A DNA stretch of 64,000 nt from Octopus vulgaris (GCA_951406725.2 OX597816.1:3534001-3598000), one strand, 5' to 3'; positions 38,281 through 51,296 are shown, counted from the stretch's first letter. Numbers and translations: made by a program. Notes: generated from the sequence alone by a model not told the origin.

Positions 38281-39835
38281 GTGGGGAATTATGGAGTGAA
38301 TCTTAGGGTTTATAAATCTAATAATCTCCTATCCTTCCTTAATACCGGTTCACATATGCTATTCATATCTGCACTTGGTCTACTTAGAAGGTTGTTGTGT
38401 CCTAGCATATGTGCTGCTTTTTTAGTTTTCGTATTTTCCAGTGGTGTTCTCTGTCTAGTATTTTAAGTTCATCCCACTGGGGTAGGTGGTCTCCATTTTT
38501 CCATACATGATCAGCTATACCCGATTTATCAATATCTCCTCGTGTCACAGCTTTGCGATGTTCCTCTACCCTTTTGAGGGGGCAGCATGTTTCACCTTTG
38601 TATAAGATACCACAGCTGCATGTTTTTAATTTGCTTTTCTCCTGCAGAAGTTGATTCACAATGAGTTTACCCTGCGATGGACAGTGGTCAATGTTGCCAT
38701 CTCGGTCAGTGAGTCACCACGGAAACCGCGTAACCAGATCTATGAATTCTAAGACTCGAGACAAAGCTTATTAAATAAAAGACGGTATTTATGATTGAAG
38801 TACAACTAATAAAACATTAGAATCCTGCAACATTACGCGGGGCAATAAATATAAATATAAATAAAGAATCTCACATTTCAACGGACACCCCCACCCAACA
38901 AGAACTTGCATTAGCTTTTCTGCAATACTCATAATGTTCTCTCCAGTAGATCTGTAGATTATCCGCCGTCAGCTTTGTAACAATGGTAATGGAATCACGA
39001 GTTACGGAGGTCTTCGATATTTTCTAGATTTGTGTAAAGAGGTACACAACGCCTGTATCACGTAACTTTCGAAGACCATACATAAAAAGTATAAAATTAT
39101 AATATATATAAACTGTAATATCTAACACATAATATATAAATTCTTTGATTTATCAATCTTGCCTGAAAGAGCACTTAATGATCGGAATAATCCATAGATA
39201 TCAAAATCTTTATTACAATCATGCGATCTTACATAAATAGGGACATAACAAGACAGACAAATACAAAGAATGTTATATGAGTTCGAATGAGACTTAAAAC
39301 TTTAGTTGTAATATGACATAAACGAAAACTTGGCTTACTTTTGCCTTTAAATGAATCATTGGCTTACTTTTGCCTGTACAACGAGGACACTAATTATGTG
39401 ATGTCATAATAGAAAAAAAAACAACAAAAAAAACAGAAACAGGTGAAATAAATATCTGTTTCCAAATTGCGAACCCGGCAGCCTATAAAGGCCCAGCAAC
39501 TAATTTTTCCTTTCTTCGATGATTAAGCTGGGCTACTCACGCCCACCTTTCTCATCACTTCCTTCCATCGTTTCACATACTCTTTCCGTGGCAGGTTCCT
39601 CTTATCCATAGATATGCAGGATTAGGCATTTGGTTTTGTTAAGGAAATCCGACCATTATGACGTCATAATTCTATTATAACGCAAAAGAATAAAGCTTCA
39701 ATACCGTCTCCATTATGAACATCATGTCTCTCTAAATAATTAATTACTACTTAAAAGGACACTAATCATGTGATGTCATAACAGAAAGAAAAACAACCAC
39801 AACAAAAAAACAGAAACAGGTGAAATAAATATCTG

Positions 39836-40062
39836 TTTCTTTATTACCTACAAGGGGCTAAACACAAAGGGGACAAACAAGTACAGACAAAGGGATTAAG
39901 TCGATTACATTGACCCCAGTGCGTAACTGGTACTTAATTTATCGACCCCGAAAGGATGAAAGGCAAAGTCGACATCGGCGGAATTTGAACTCAGAACGTA
40001 ACGGCAGACGAAATACTGCTAAGCATTTCGCCCGGCGTGCTAACGGTTCTGCCAGCTCGCCG
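39836..40062 (-). mobile_element. SINE family B, tailed monomer
   Basis: Complete head, body and AATAAAGAAA tail. Confidence 0.88.
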
Positions 40063-40139
40063 CCGGAGATGCTTTGCCCGATACCGAGACTGCAGGAGTT
40101 ACTCAGTGGTTTTGTCAGATCTTCTAAATCCACTGCAAT

Positions 40140-40341
40140 GTTGGAAACGCTTCCATTATTGTCTGCAGGTCACAAGTGTTTTGCCTCTTAGCCCCTACAC
40201 TTCACCTGAGTGAGGCAATGAGAGCTGAGCTAGTATTCACCTACGGAAGGGTTCCACTTGTGGTCCTTTATCAACCGTAGTCACCTTGAGCCAGTTTCAC
40301 CTGCCGTGCCCAATTCCTTGATGGCTTTCTTCAGTTGCCTG
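40140..40341 (-). mobile_element. HERO/NeSL-like (RLE-type) non-LTR retrotransposon 3' remnant
   Basis: RQLKK/AIKELGTAGETGSR*LRLIKDHKWNP resembles the AIxxLxxAAExxSxWLW C-terminus of these elements. Confidence 0.5.
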
Positions 40342-40606
40342 AATTATATTTTAAAATGCTGGAATAAGATTTTGGTTTTGTCTTTTATTCACAAGATCTG
40401 AAATTTATAAGAGATAATGAAAACAGGGAAGCGAAGTGCGAACTATATGAAGCTGAGTAACGTTTATATATTTCTTGAGAGTATCAGAAGTTTAAAAGAA
40501 ATAAAGAAGTATTTGGTGAAAATCAAAGACTGAAATTGTAAGGTGAAATTGAAATCTTAGGTACCTGGATAAAGAACAAAGAGCAAGGATTTGGCCACAG
40601 GATAAT

Positions 40607-41011
40607 ATATATATATATGAAATTATTGTATATAGTGCTCAGGTGCACCACAACTTGTCAGAAAGTGCATATAAAGAATATGTATGTAATGTAAAAATGT
40701 CTCGAAAGGGAACAATGTATGAGACAGATACAGTCCCCGTGTGAATTTCGAGGTCATGAGAAAATCAGAGCACTACTAATGTCTGAAGGTTGGTTAGAGT
40801 GACGAACAACAAACAACCGATGCCAGGCAGTTTGTTCCATGCTTCAGCAACTCTCAGCATGAAAAAATGTTTCCTGAAGTCATGGGAGCTGTGCTGTTTT
40901 CTGACTTTGTAAATATGTCCACGGGTGTTAGATGGGTGCACGTTTATCGTGAAAAGGTGCTCAGAGTTATTGACTTTGTAAGATGGTTGATACCTAATTG
41001 TTATTTATGAA
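40607..41011 (-). mobile_element. CR1-like LINE 3' end flanked by a ~45-bp direct repeat
   Basis: SNTRGHIYKVRKQHSSHDFRKHFFMLRVAEAWNKLP; AGGTACCTGGA...TTGGCCACAGGATAA at 40559-40606 and 41012-41054. Confidence 0.75.
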
Positions 41012-41428
41012 AGGTACCTGGAAGAACAAAGAGCGAGAATTTGGCCACAGGATAAAAATATAAAAGCGGAATAAGAGGTGACAGACTGTTTGCAGCTAAT
41101 TTATCTCTGAGCTTATAGCGACCGACATGTAAAGTCACTAAAATACATTCAGACGAGATACAAGTTTACTCTTAGTTTTAATTATGTTACTCATTTCTAC
41201 CTGTTAAATAGGCAGGTAAACCGTGCCCTGGGTCTGTCGTTTTATCTGTGGCAAAAAAAAGAAGATTATTGTGTCATGTTTGATCTATTCCATTGTTCTA
41301 TTCCAGCCATTTTCCCTTCATCAATTCGCTTATCTTTCACTTCCTCTGTTTTTATCGTCGATGTTTTCCATTTATCATCTCTGTGGTCGAGAAACCAATG
41401 AAAGCTGTTAAAAGCCATTTTGCGCGCG

Positions 41429-41491
<63 letters not shown>

Positions 41492-41574
41492 CACACTCTC
41501 ACACACACTCACACTCATACACACACACACACATACACACACAGACACACAGATACAGGGCAAAATATATAATT

Positions 41575-41905
41575 TTCTACTCTTGGCACAAGGTCCGAAA
41601 TTTTGGGGAAGGGGGCCAGTCGATTAGCCCGACCTCAGTACGCAGCTTCTCCTTAATTCATCGATCCCGAAAGTATGAAAGGCAATGTCGACACCGGCAG
41701 GATTTGAACTCAGAACATACAGACAGACGAAATACCGCCAAGCATTTCGTCCAGCCTGCTAACGTTTCTGCCAGCTCCTTGCTGCCTTCGAAATGATGAA
41801 AGGCAATGTCGACCTCGGCGGGATTTGAACTCAGAATGTAGTGACAGACGAAATACCACCAAGCATTTCGTCCGGTCTGCTAACGTTTCTGCCAGCTCCT
41901 TGCTG
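41575..41905 (-). mobile_element. SINE family B with internal tandem duplication
   Basis: Two successive ATGAAAGGCAATGTCGAC...GCTCCTTGCTGCCTT blocks. Confidence 0.8.
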
Positions 41906-42944
41906 CCTTACAAAGCAAGATAAATTGCGTAAACTATTCTTGATTGAATCGCTTACATTTCTTTATTTCTATCTTCGATAAAGAATTGTCAATAAATTAG
42001 TTCCAATATTAATCAGTTTTATGTATGTTTGAGTCTATAAACATCGTCTGCTCCATGCTGCTTGTGTCATAACATAGTTGCATGATGTCTAGGCTGTATC
42101 CTGTTACCATCGAGACATCTAACCTAAACTTTTCTGACGTAGGAAACCTGGCGCTTCCAACCAGAATCCAAAATAATTTTAAGCACTGAATTATTTCTTG
42201 GCTGTTGGCAAACATTAGTTATAATGATTAATTGCTAGCAAAGATACAGTATTTTGTCTGCAACCACAATAAACTAGCAAGTATGTTAAAGATTTACAAA
42301 TGTCAATAGTGTGTCATACTTGTGTGTTAGCAGTGCAATGTTCTCATTTTAAAGTTTATTTCTACAAACAAAGCGATGGAAGATAGAAAAAGATAGAAAT
42401 GCCTACATATACACCCGTCACCTATTTTTCTGTTTCCGATCGCATTGTTTACATCGACGTGTTCGCAACTTTCAGTTCTGGCTCTGAATTCTATAGAAAA
42501 TCTACGGAGATAAACTTTAAAATAAGATATCTTGTTTAATAACATATTTCGCCTATTATTGTTGTTGTTAGTAATGAACTGGTAGAAACGGTAGTAGAAT
42601 GGATATTGAACGGTTGTCAGGTCGCTCTTGTGCGCTATTTGGCAACATGTAACCCTGTACGGACTGTCGCATGCTCGGGTTGTGGACGACTAAACCGGCA
42701 ACCCCATCGAGCTTGGTGAGGAAGGTGATTATTGGATGGCCAACGGGATTAAAAATCAAAGCCCGACAAAAGATGGAAGAATGGATTAGAGACAACGGCC
42801 ATGCAATATTGTGGAAGAAACAAAAAGGGAAGAAAAGTAGGATATCCCCCAACTTATATGTAGAAAGGTGAATGAAATAAAAGGAAGGAGAGGGTGACTT
42901 AGGAAAATCAAGGGAACAGAGGGCTCGTGAGCCACGTTTTAATA

Positions 42945-43200
42945 TTCAATTTCTTTATTAGCTACAAGGGCCCAAACATAGAGGGGGACAATACAGCCTG
43001 ATTGGGGGTCAGACAAACAGCGATCGAAAGGATGTACGATTGAATGAAGCAGCAGGATTGGGTGTGGAGATCGATTGTAAAGTGACATTTCGGTTGGTGG
43101 GAATTGGTCGTACAACCACGTCGGAAGATGACGATGATGATGGTTTAGGTTTAGAAATGTCTCAGTCGAATTCGACGTTCGTTTCTCCGTCATCGATAGT
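42945..43200 (-). mobile_element. Tx1-like LINE 3' tail fragment
   Basis: Minus strand ends TTGTCCCCCTCTATGTTTGGGCCCTTGTAGCTAATAAAGAAA. Confidence 0.5.
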
Positions 43201-44109
43201 TAGGTCATGGTTGGATTCCGTTTTGCCAATTAAATACATGGATGGATTTAATCGACATCGGAAGGATATACAGATAAAGTTAACATTCGAATTTAGATGT
43301 GTGTATTTGTGTGAAGTGTTTGGACATTAAAAATAATGGCCCCATGGTCAGAAGAGAAACAGTTTTGAGACTCTGTAAAGCTAAAAGAGACATATGAAAG
43401 CAATTTTGTGAGAAAAACGAAACTTTAAACGAGACAAGTAATGGGAACTGTGAGCGGAACATTAACACGTTTCTTATTCTCAGTTGTGTTGCCAACCCGA
43501 AATACCAAAAATACCCCCCAAAAATTAATAAAAATAGGGGTGCAGGTATAGCTGTATGGTAAGAAGCTTGCTTCCCGGGTACGTGGTCCCAAAAATCCAT
43601 CCCCTCCTCACCTTGGTGGGGACGCTGGCAACGGGTAGTGTCAGAGCTATGCCGTCGGGAACTTCGGTTCCTGGTAGGGCCACCCAAGGCGGATTGGTCC
43701 GACACTGAGTGGTATTAGGGCCACAACCCGGCAGACGGGGCTCTGGTGAAAATCTTCGGAGTGTCTGTTTCGGCAACCGGCAGCTTCCTCGGTCGTTCTG
43801 TCCCTGCGTCTGTAGACAATCTGCGGCAAACAGGATGTCTCTACATGCGGGATTGTTGGGAACCGCTTGTGAAAATCATATATTCCCACGAAACTTCTTC
43901 CACTGCCATGGTTCGAGATGCCTCGAGGGTGGTGGAAGAAGCCGACTCAACCCGCCCAGGGTGAATGTCGCCACAAGTACAAGTAAGTACATGGTTCTGG
44001 GATCAGTCCCACTGCGTGGCATCTTCGGCAAGTGTCTTCTACTATAGCCTCGGACCGACCAAAGCCTTGTGAGTGGATTTGGTAGACGGAAACCGAAAGA
44101 CGTCCGTGT

Positions 44110-44164
<55 letters not shown>

Positions 44165-44331
44165 ATATTAGGGAATAAATCCAAATTTACAGGGAAAAAT
44201 CAGATTTAGGATTGAATCCAATTTTATAGTAAAATATTATATAATATTAATTAGAGACAAAACCACTATTTTGCAAATCAAACAAGGAAAGACTTAACCA
44301 ATGCATAAAAAAATTTTAATATAAAGTAAAT

Positions 44332-44385
44332 AAATCGCCACTACAATTGTTTCCTGTCTTCAAATGACATTCATCAGGTGGATTT
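44332..44385 (-). ncRNA. Minimal type I hammerhead ribozyme
   Basis: Reverse complement of 45980-46033. Confidence 0.78.
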
Positions 44386-45037
44386 CATATCTAAAAATAT
44401 CAATATTTAAAAAAATAAATTTAAAATGGCTAAAACTATAAATAATATAAATTTATCAATGAAAAAATATAAAAATATATAATCTATATATAATCTATAT
44501 ATAATATAATCAAGAACTAAAATAACCTCTATAAACAATTGAATATAAAGAAACCTATTATTAAAGTTCTCATATTTAAAGATGAAGAATCTAATTTTTG
44601 ATAAATAGATAGGTCTGTTTTTAAATGATTTATTAATAGAATAACTCAATATAAGTTATTATTCACTTTCATAAATTTGTTTTAGAGTTATAGCTTGGTA
44701 TGTTGATCATGGTAGTTTTATTTATTTGGGTATTGTTTGTAGCCATATATACGTATATTTAGATGTTTAGGAGGGTGTCCGTCAATATGCATGTGCATGG
44801 GTGTGTGTGCAAGTGTGAGCGTGTATAAGTGCATGTGTAGATGCGGGAGTGCATGAGCGCTATGTAAAAGTGTGTGCTTGTGTATGCACTTGTATACATG
44901 CATGTTTGATTGTGCGTGTGATTGCACCCGTTTGCGTGTACACACTCATATATACATATAATAAATATTCATTTATTTATTTTTTTGTGAATGTGTGTAT
45001 TTTTATATATATGTGTATTTGATGATATGTGTGAGTG

Positions 45038-45080
<43 letters not shown>

Positions 45081-45979
45081 GGATGTTTATATATTTATTT
45101 ATTCATCTATATGGGTGTGGGTGTGAATATATTGGTGTATATAGCGAGTTTTGTACGTATGTATATGTATGTGTGAGTGGGTATATGTATATGTTGTGGG
45201 TGTGTGTTATACGTGTGTGTATTTGTATGTGAATGTATAGATTAGGGGATTGCTATATAGGTATGTTATTGTGTTTGGTTAAAGGGAGGTTTTATCATTA
45301 TATGTATATATGGGTTTCGTTTATCATGATTGTTTTATTAAAGAATTTTATAGTAAATTCTGTCTAATTACGTTTATTAACATATTATTCCATTCTATTC
45401 CATTCATAATTTAAATAACGTTCGTTCATAACGCGCAGAATGAAATGTTTATATTGTTGTGGTTGAGTATATACGGATGCTGGTTGTGTGGTTGTCATGC
45501 AGAGTGAGTGTGTTTATGAATGAGGGTTGTATGTGTGTGTGAGGGAGTATGAATAAGTAATGTGTTGAAGTATTTGGCTATTTTATTAATTTATCGTTGC
45601 CTAGATGTTTATGTGTATGTATAGAGATATATATGGGCGTGTGAGTTAGTGTATGGATTTAGATATGTTTATATATACTTAGATATATGTGTATGAGCAT
45701 GTGTGTATATATAGTTTATTTTTATTTTGTTTTTTGTTTTTTTTTGTTTTTTGTTTTTTGTTTTTTGAAATTAGATTCTTCATCTTTAAATATGAGAACT
45801 TTAATAATAGGTTTCTTTATATTCAATTGTTTATAGAGGTTATTTTAGTTCTTGATTATATTATATATAGATTATATATAGATTATATATTTTTATATTT
45901 TTTCATTGATAAATTTATATTATTTATAGTTTTAGTCATTTTAAATTTATTTTTTAAAATATTGATATTTTTAGATATG

Positions 45980-46033
45980 AAATCCACCTGATGAATGTCA
46001 TTTGAAGACAGGAAACAATTGTAGTGGCGATTT
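45980..46033 (+). ncRNA. Minimal type I hammerhead ribozyme
   Basis: AAAT-CCAC CTGATGA A TGTC atttgaa GACA G GAAA CAATTG TA GTGG-cg-ATTT; palindromic stem III ACAATTGT; GUA site after 46023. Confidence 0.8.
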
Positions 46034-46193
46034 ATTTACTTTATATTAATTTTTTTTTATGTATTGATTAAGTCTTTCCTTGTTTGATTTGCAAAATAGT
46101 GGTTTTGTCTCTAATTAATATTATATAATATTTTACTATAAAATTGGATTCAATCCTAAATCTGATTTTTCCCTGTAAATTTGGATTTATTCC

Positions 46194-46256
<63 letters not shown>

Positions 46257-46719
46257 GTATATATTTATGTGTGTCTTTGTGTCTGTGTTTGCCCCACCAC
46301 CATCGCCTAACAACCGATACTGGTGTGTTTACGTCCCTGTAACTTAGCGGTTCGGTAAAAGAGACCGATAGAATAAATACCAGGCTTACAAAGAATAAGT
46401 CCTGGGGTCGATTTCTTCGACTAAAAAATGGCGGTGCTCCAGCATGGCCGCATTCAAACGACTGAAGCAAATAAAAGAATAATAAAAAGAATTAGAAATT
46501 CATTCATTGTTTAATCAAGCCTCTTTTCGCATCTGGCTATCAGACTCTTATAGTTTCTCTGGAATACAAAACATTTGCCAAATATATTTCTATCAAAGGT
46601 CAAATCTTGTTGGTTATCTCAGCCTCATCTTCAGGATGCGGAGCTCTGTTAGCTTCTACACTGCTCCTTTGCATAGGGGGCGGTGTTTGTTTATGCAGAT
46701 TTTACTGCCAAGGTAGTTT

Positions 46720-47112
46720 TTCTTTTACTTGTTTCAGTCATTTTGACGGCGGCCACACTGGAGCACCGCCTTTACTCGAACAAATCGACCCCCAGAACTT
46801 ATTCTTTGTAAACCTAGTACTTATTCTATCCTACTTTTTTGCCGAACCTCTAAGTTACAGGGACGTAAACACACCATCAAGCGATGGTGGTGGTACAAAC
46901 ACAGACACACACATACGCACACACATACATATAAATGTATATATACACACGACGGGCTTCTTTCAGTTTCCGTCTACCAAATCCACTGACAAGGCTTTAT
47001 TCGGGCGGAGGTTATAGTACAAGACACTTACCCAAGGCGCCATACAGTGGGACTGAACCCGGAATCATGCGGTTGGGAAGGAAGCTTCTTACCACCCAAT
47101 CCCTCTTGCGCC
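46720..47112 (-). mobile_element. SINE family A
   Basis: Matches other copies. Confidence 0.85.
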
Positions 47113-47395
47113 TTTATAGATATTTTACAATCAAAATTCCAACGTTAGGAACTCGAGAATTCTTCATCAGAAATTTGTATTCTGGCCATCAGAATTATAT
47201 GTAATTGATCACGTGCTACTATTGTTTGTGACGTGTGTATAGCGTTTGTGCGTCAATTACCACTTTGTGTTGTGATTTGAATATATTTTTCCATAATCAA
47301 TTGTCCATCTTTGAAGAAAAATTCTATCAAGTGTGGAATTATCTTTTAGTAATTTTCTATTTAGCTCCATTTCATGGTGTATGGTATGATGTGAC

Positions 47396-47614
47396 AGAAA
47401 CGTTAGCACGCCGGGCGAAATGCTTAGCGGTATTTTGTCTGCTGTTACGTTCTGAGTTCAAATTCCGCCGAGGTCGACTTTGCCTTTCATCGTTTCGGGG
47501 TCGATGAATTAAGTACCGGTTATGCACTGGGGGTTGATGTAATCGTCTTAATCCGTGTGTCTGTCCTTGTTTGTCTGCTCTGTGTTTAGCCCCTTGTGGG
47601 TAGTAAAGAAATAG
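47396..47614 (+). mobile_element. SINE family B, tailed
   Basis: Body plus GTAAAGAAATAGG tail. Confidence 0.85.
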
Positions 47615-47657
47615 GTTTGATGTGTTGCTATTGCTCCTTGATACGTGAGGCGCCAAC

Positions 47658-47708
<51 letters not shown>

Positions 47709-48629
47709 TGTGTGTGTGTGTGTGTGTATGTATGTGTCTAAATGTACTTGGTCTGTCCAATCTAAAGGAATCGTGGAGTTTGAAGCTTTTACGTTATCTG
47801 CGAAATTTATAAAACAGAATCCGAAATGATAAAAATTAGGGGAGACATCGGTGGGGCTTGGATTTAGAGTGCAAGCAGTCGGTAAAAATACTACAAGGCA
47901 TTTTATCCGACTCCCTAACAACATTACATGTGTGTGTGTGTGAGCGAGTATGTGTATGCGCTTGTTTGTGAATGTGTGTGTACGTGTGTGTGAATGAGTG
48001 TGTTTTGATTAGGTTTCCGAAATCACGTGACTTGTTTTATGGATCTGGGGCTCCTCGCAACCAACTCTTTAAAATAACATATTTTTCACATTTCTTCTGA
48101 ATAGCAAATGCACAACATCTCACGTGGATTACAAATAATAGTTAAGCGATCTTCACCATTTAAAAAAAAAAAAAAAAAAAAAAAATTTAAAGAAAATTTT
48201 CACGCAATTCTTTTGAATGTTTCAAAAGAATAGCAAAAGAGAGATTCTTGAAACAGCTTTTGATAAAATTAATGAGAAAAAATATATGGAATTAAAATAA
48301 TATTTTTACCACTAACTAGATTATAGGGACCATTGTTAGACATGGAAGATGAAGTATGATTCCAGCTAACAGTGGAACAGAGAACTTCTTGTAGTCATGG
48401 CTTCCTGCCACTCTCTCTCTGCAGAGCAAATCTCCGACTGATTAGGAAATGAAATGTTGAGGAATATCAATGGAAAACTAATAGAAAAATGGTTTTGGAA
48501 TGGATGACGCTTCAATGATTCTAAGGTTATCTGTGCGTGGAATTTTTGTAAAATATTAATTAAATGATCTTTGACCAACTTTGCTTCTTGATTTAATAGA
48601 ATTAGAAGCAAGAGAAACAGGAAATATTG

Positions 48630-48832
48630 GTTTCTAAATTTTGCACAAAGCCGGCAATTCTTGTAAGTCGATTATATCGATCCCGGTGCTCGTCTGGTGC
48701 TCATTTTGTCGACTCCGAAAGTATGAAAAGTAAAGTCAACCGCGACTGAATTTCAACACAGGACGTAAAGAAGGACGAAATGCAGCTAAACATTTTGTCC
48801 GACGCACTGACGATTCTGCCAGTTCATCGCTT
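48630..48832 (-). mobile_element. SINE family B, degraded
   Basis: Similarity to other copies. Confidence 0.6.
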
Positions 48833-49329
48833 CAGGAACCAGAAATAGCAATAACTTTTCACGAGGAACATTAAATGATGCGAGGCTTAACGCAGAATAT
48901 GTAAAAGATGGTTTGATTTAATTACGTTTTTGATTGATCGAGCATCTTGCTTGATCAAAAAACCTAGATACTCCAAGACTAATTCAAGAATTTCCGGACG
49001 TTATGATTTGGTACAAATTGAGTCATTGATTATGATGATATAAATAAAGAGGAGAAAGATTATTCCAAGATATATTTGACCCACATTTATGCTATTTTAC
49101 ATTGGTTAAATCAAGTACCTTGCAAGCCAAAGCAGATGAAACTTGGAACCAGTGGAATCAAGAATGCTTGGCTTATTTGCTACGTCTAATAAGTCAGTTT
49201 TCTGTGGAAAGGTCAGATACTGAAGCAGGCCATGATGACCTCTTTGAAAATTATGAGTTACCCCGTAAGAATCGCAGAATTACACATGGAAATAATATAT
49301 CTTGTTTTCCAGATGTATATCACTGCGTA

Positions 49330-49960
49330 TCCTTCACGCATTCATTCTAGGGAGTACATTTTTAACTCTTTCGGCCTTTCTCAGTAGACATGTTGCGTTG
49401 AAGCGATCTTTTTTCTGCAGCTTCGCTGGATTGCTTCGAACTCCACCGTTAACTGTAGTGGCCATAGATAGGAACTGTAGTCTAAATGGCTGTGGGCAAA
49501 TATCCTCTAGAGGACTATCATTGTTCATTGTTCTCTTGTTCTGGAACTTTTAAGGATCCATCTGAACAGCCGTCTGCCTTTTATTGCCAACTCAGTGATA
49601 TCCACCTGGAAGGATGCATCATTGTTCATGTCAATACCCAAGTCATGCACTGATTTTGATTCAGGGATTGCAGTCTCTTCTGCGTAAGTGTATCCTATCT
49701 GCATTTCATTCATCGTCGTGTACTGGTAGGCATTAAACTGCATATTATTGTCCTCAACCCGCCAGTGTATTGCGTCCAACTCATGTTGCAGGGGTGCAAC
49801 ATATCCGGGGTTACGTATCCTTTGAGAAGCTTTTGTATCGCCTGCATAGCTAGCAAGAGTGGGGCTGTCTGAGTAGACGAGAGCATGTCTGAGGAGGCCA
49901 CTATTAAAAGCAGTACCCACAAAGCAGGGCCTTGTGTGACATCACTCATTACGTGCGTAA
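49330..49960 (-). pseudogene. Non-LTR retrotransposon reverse transcriptase fragment (CR1-like)
   Basis: DVTQGPAL..LLL (GVPQGSxLGPLLF-like), SYAGDTK (YADD-like), VHDLGIDMNND; frameshifts. Confidence 0.8.
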
Positions 49961-50178
49961 TGCCCGACTTCTACACACACACACTGACCAACACACGTGC
50001 GCACAAACAAACAGAAAAGAACGCAGTGTGAGTAGCGGACAGTCAAAACTATTGAAAAGGTTGCAAGACACAACGAAAACTGTAGAAAAATAAAAAAGAA
50101 ATAAGTGGAAATTTTAACGGTGAGTGTGTTAAATTATAAGGCACCAAAAGAGAATGACTCTCCCCAGACACAACAACA

Positions 50179-50259
<81 letters not shown>

Positions 50260-50263
<4 letters not shown>

Positions 50264-50667
50264 CATACTGGGAGAAAGGAAAGAAACGAAACGAAACGAC
50301 GCGAGGGCGCTCAGTCATACAATAATGTAATAAATAAAATATATGTATACATACATACATATATGTACGTACCTACATCTACATGTATATATACATGCAT
50401 ATATAAATATATATATGTGAGTACAGGACACCACAGGACAGCTGATGAAGGGGAATGTTCCTTGTGCTGTTTGTCCTGTGTTTTGTTTTTCGTTGTTAAA
50501 AATAAGTCCGCTCCCTTGTTTTTATGTTTTCGTTCTCATTGAGTTCTACGTCTATTTGTGGTGTCCTGTACTCACATATATATATTTATATATGCATGTA
50601 TATATACATGTAGATGTAGGTACGTACATATATGTATGTATGTATGCATATATTTTATTTATTACAT

Positions 50668-50671
<4 letters not shown>
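50260..50671. mobile_element. Inverted-arm insertion in (TA)n (arms 50321-50435 and 50557-50671)
   Basis: Reverse-complement arms; related sequence at about 25490-25600. Confidence 0.7.
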
Positions 50672-50715
<44 letters not shown>

Positions 50716-51296
50716 AGTAGTTGGAAAGTCGGGCTTGAGAAAGGCGCTTTATTTAACGTTGCTCCAGTTCACTCAGCTGTAGAAAATGAGTTGTGGGGAT
50801 GTCACTGGCGCCAAGCTGTATCAGCCCCTTCGCCTTTCCTTTGGACAACATCGGTGGCGTGGAGAGGGGAGGCATAGTATGCACGAGCGACTGCTAGTCT
50901 TCCATAAACAACTTTGCCCAAACTTGTGCCTCTGTAGGTGCAATCCCATGCTCATTCGTGACCGAAAGGGGTCTTTATACACACACACACGCACACACAT
51001 GTAGTCAACAGATAAGATCCAGAAATGCTCAAATGATTTATGATTTGAACTTACACCAAGCGGTTATGTGTATATTTGCATCATTATCTACATATATACA
51101 TGCATGTATATGTATGTATATATATATGTTTATCTCTCTCTCTTTCTCTCTTTATCTATCTACCTGTCTGTCTGTCTATCTAATGAAACTTTTTAACTAG
51201 CTACAGATCGAGAGTTGCGGCCATGCTGGGGCACTGCCGATGAAATATACTGCAAATTGCTTTTTCTGATGCTGAACGATTCTGCCAGCTTCCCAC

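Larger units (their letters stand above)
38065..38625 (-). mobile_element. Penelope/Poseidon-type PLE 3' fragment: GIY-YIG endonuclease remnant plus pLTR
   Basis: CSCGILYKGET...LKRVEEHRKAV...KSGIADHVW...KILDREHHWKIRKLK; downstream tRNA-like segment and HHR motif. Confidence 0.8.
35696..38858. repeat. About 200-bp near-identical direct duplication (35696-35894 and 38660-38858)
   Basis: AATGAGTTTACCCTGCG...GGGGCAATAAATATAAAT occurs twice, including non-SINE flank. Confidence 0.9.
44165..46200. mobile_element. PLE-derived non-autonomous element with ~430-bp inverted arms (44165-44596 and 45768-46200), each carrying an HHR
   Basis: Arms nearly identical; (TA)n on both outer sides. Confidence 0.82.
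43538..46480 (+). mobile_element. SINE family A split by two insertions (GC-rich 43590-43986; HHR palindrome 44165-46200)
   Basis: Head 43538-43589 and 43987-44111, 3' half 46261-46480; TSD-like GTACGTGGTCC / GTACATGGTTC around the first insert. Confidence 0.8.

Noticed and set aside
42560-43330. GC-richer short ORFs as possible host exons
   Set aside because: Multiple stops, no clear splice context, adjacent to a LINE-type tail; probably retroelement debris
47130-47176. Minus-strand CTGATGA + hairpin + CGTT motif
   Set aside because: GAAA box absent (CTAA) and stem I weak
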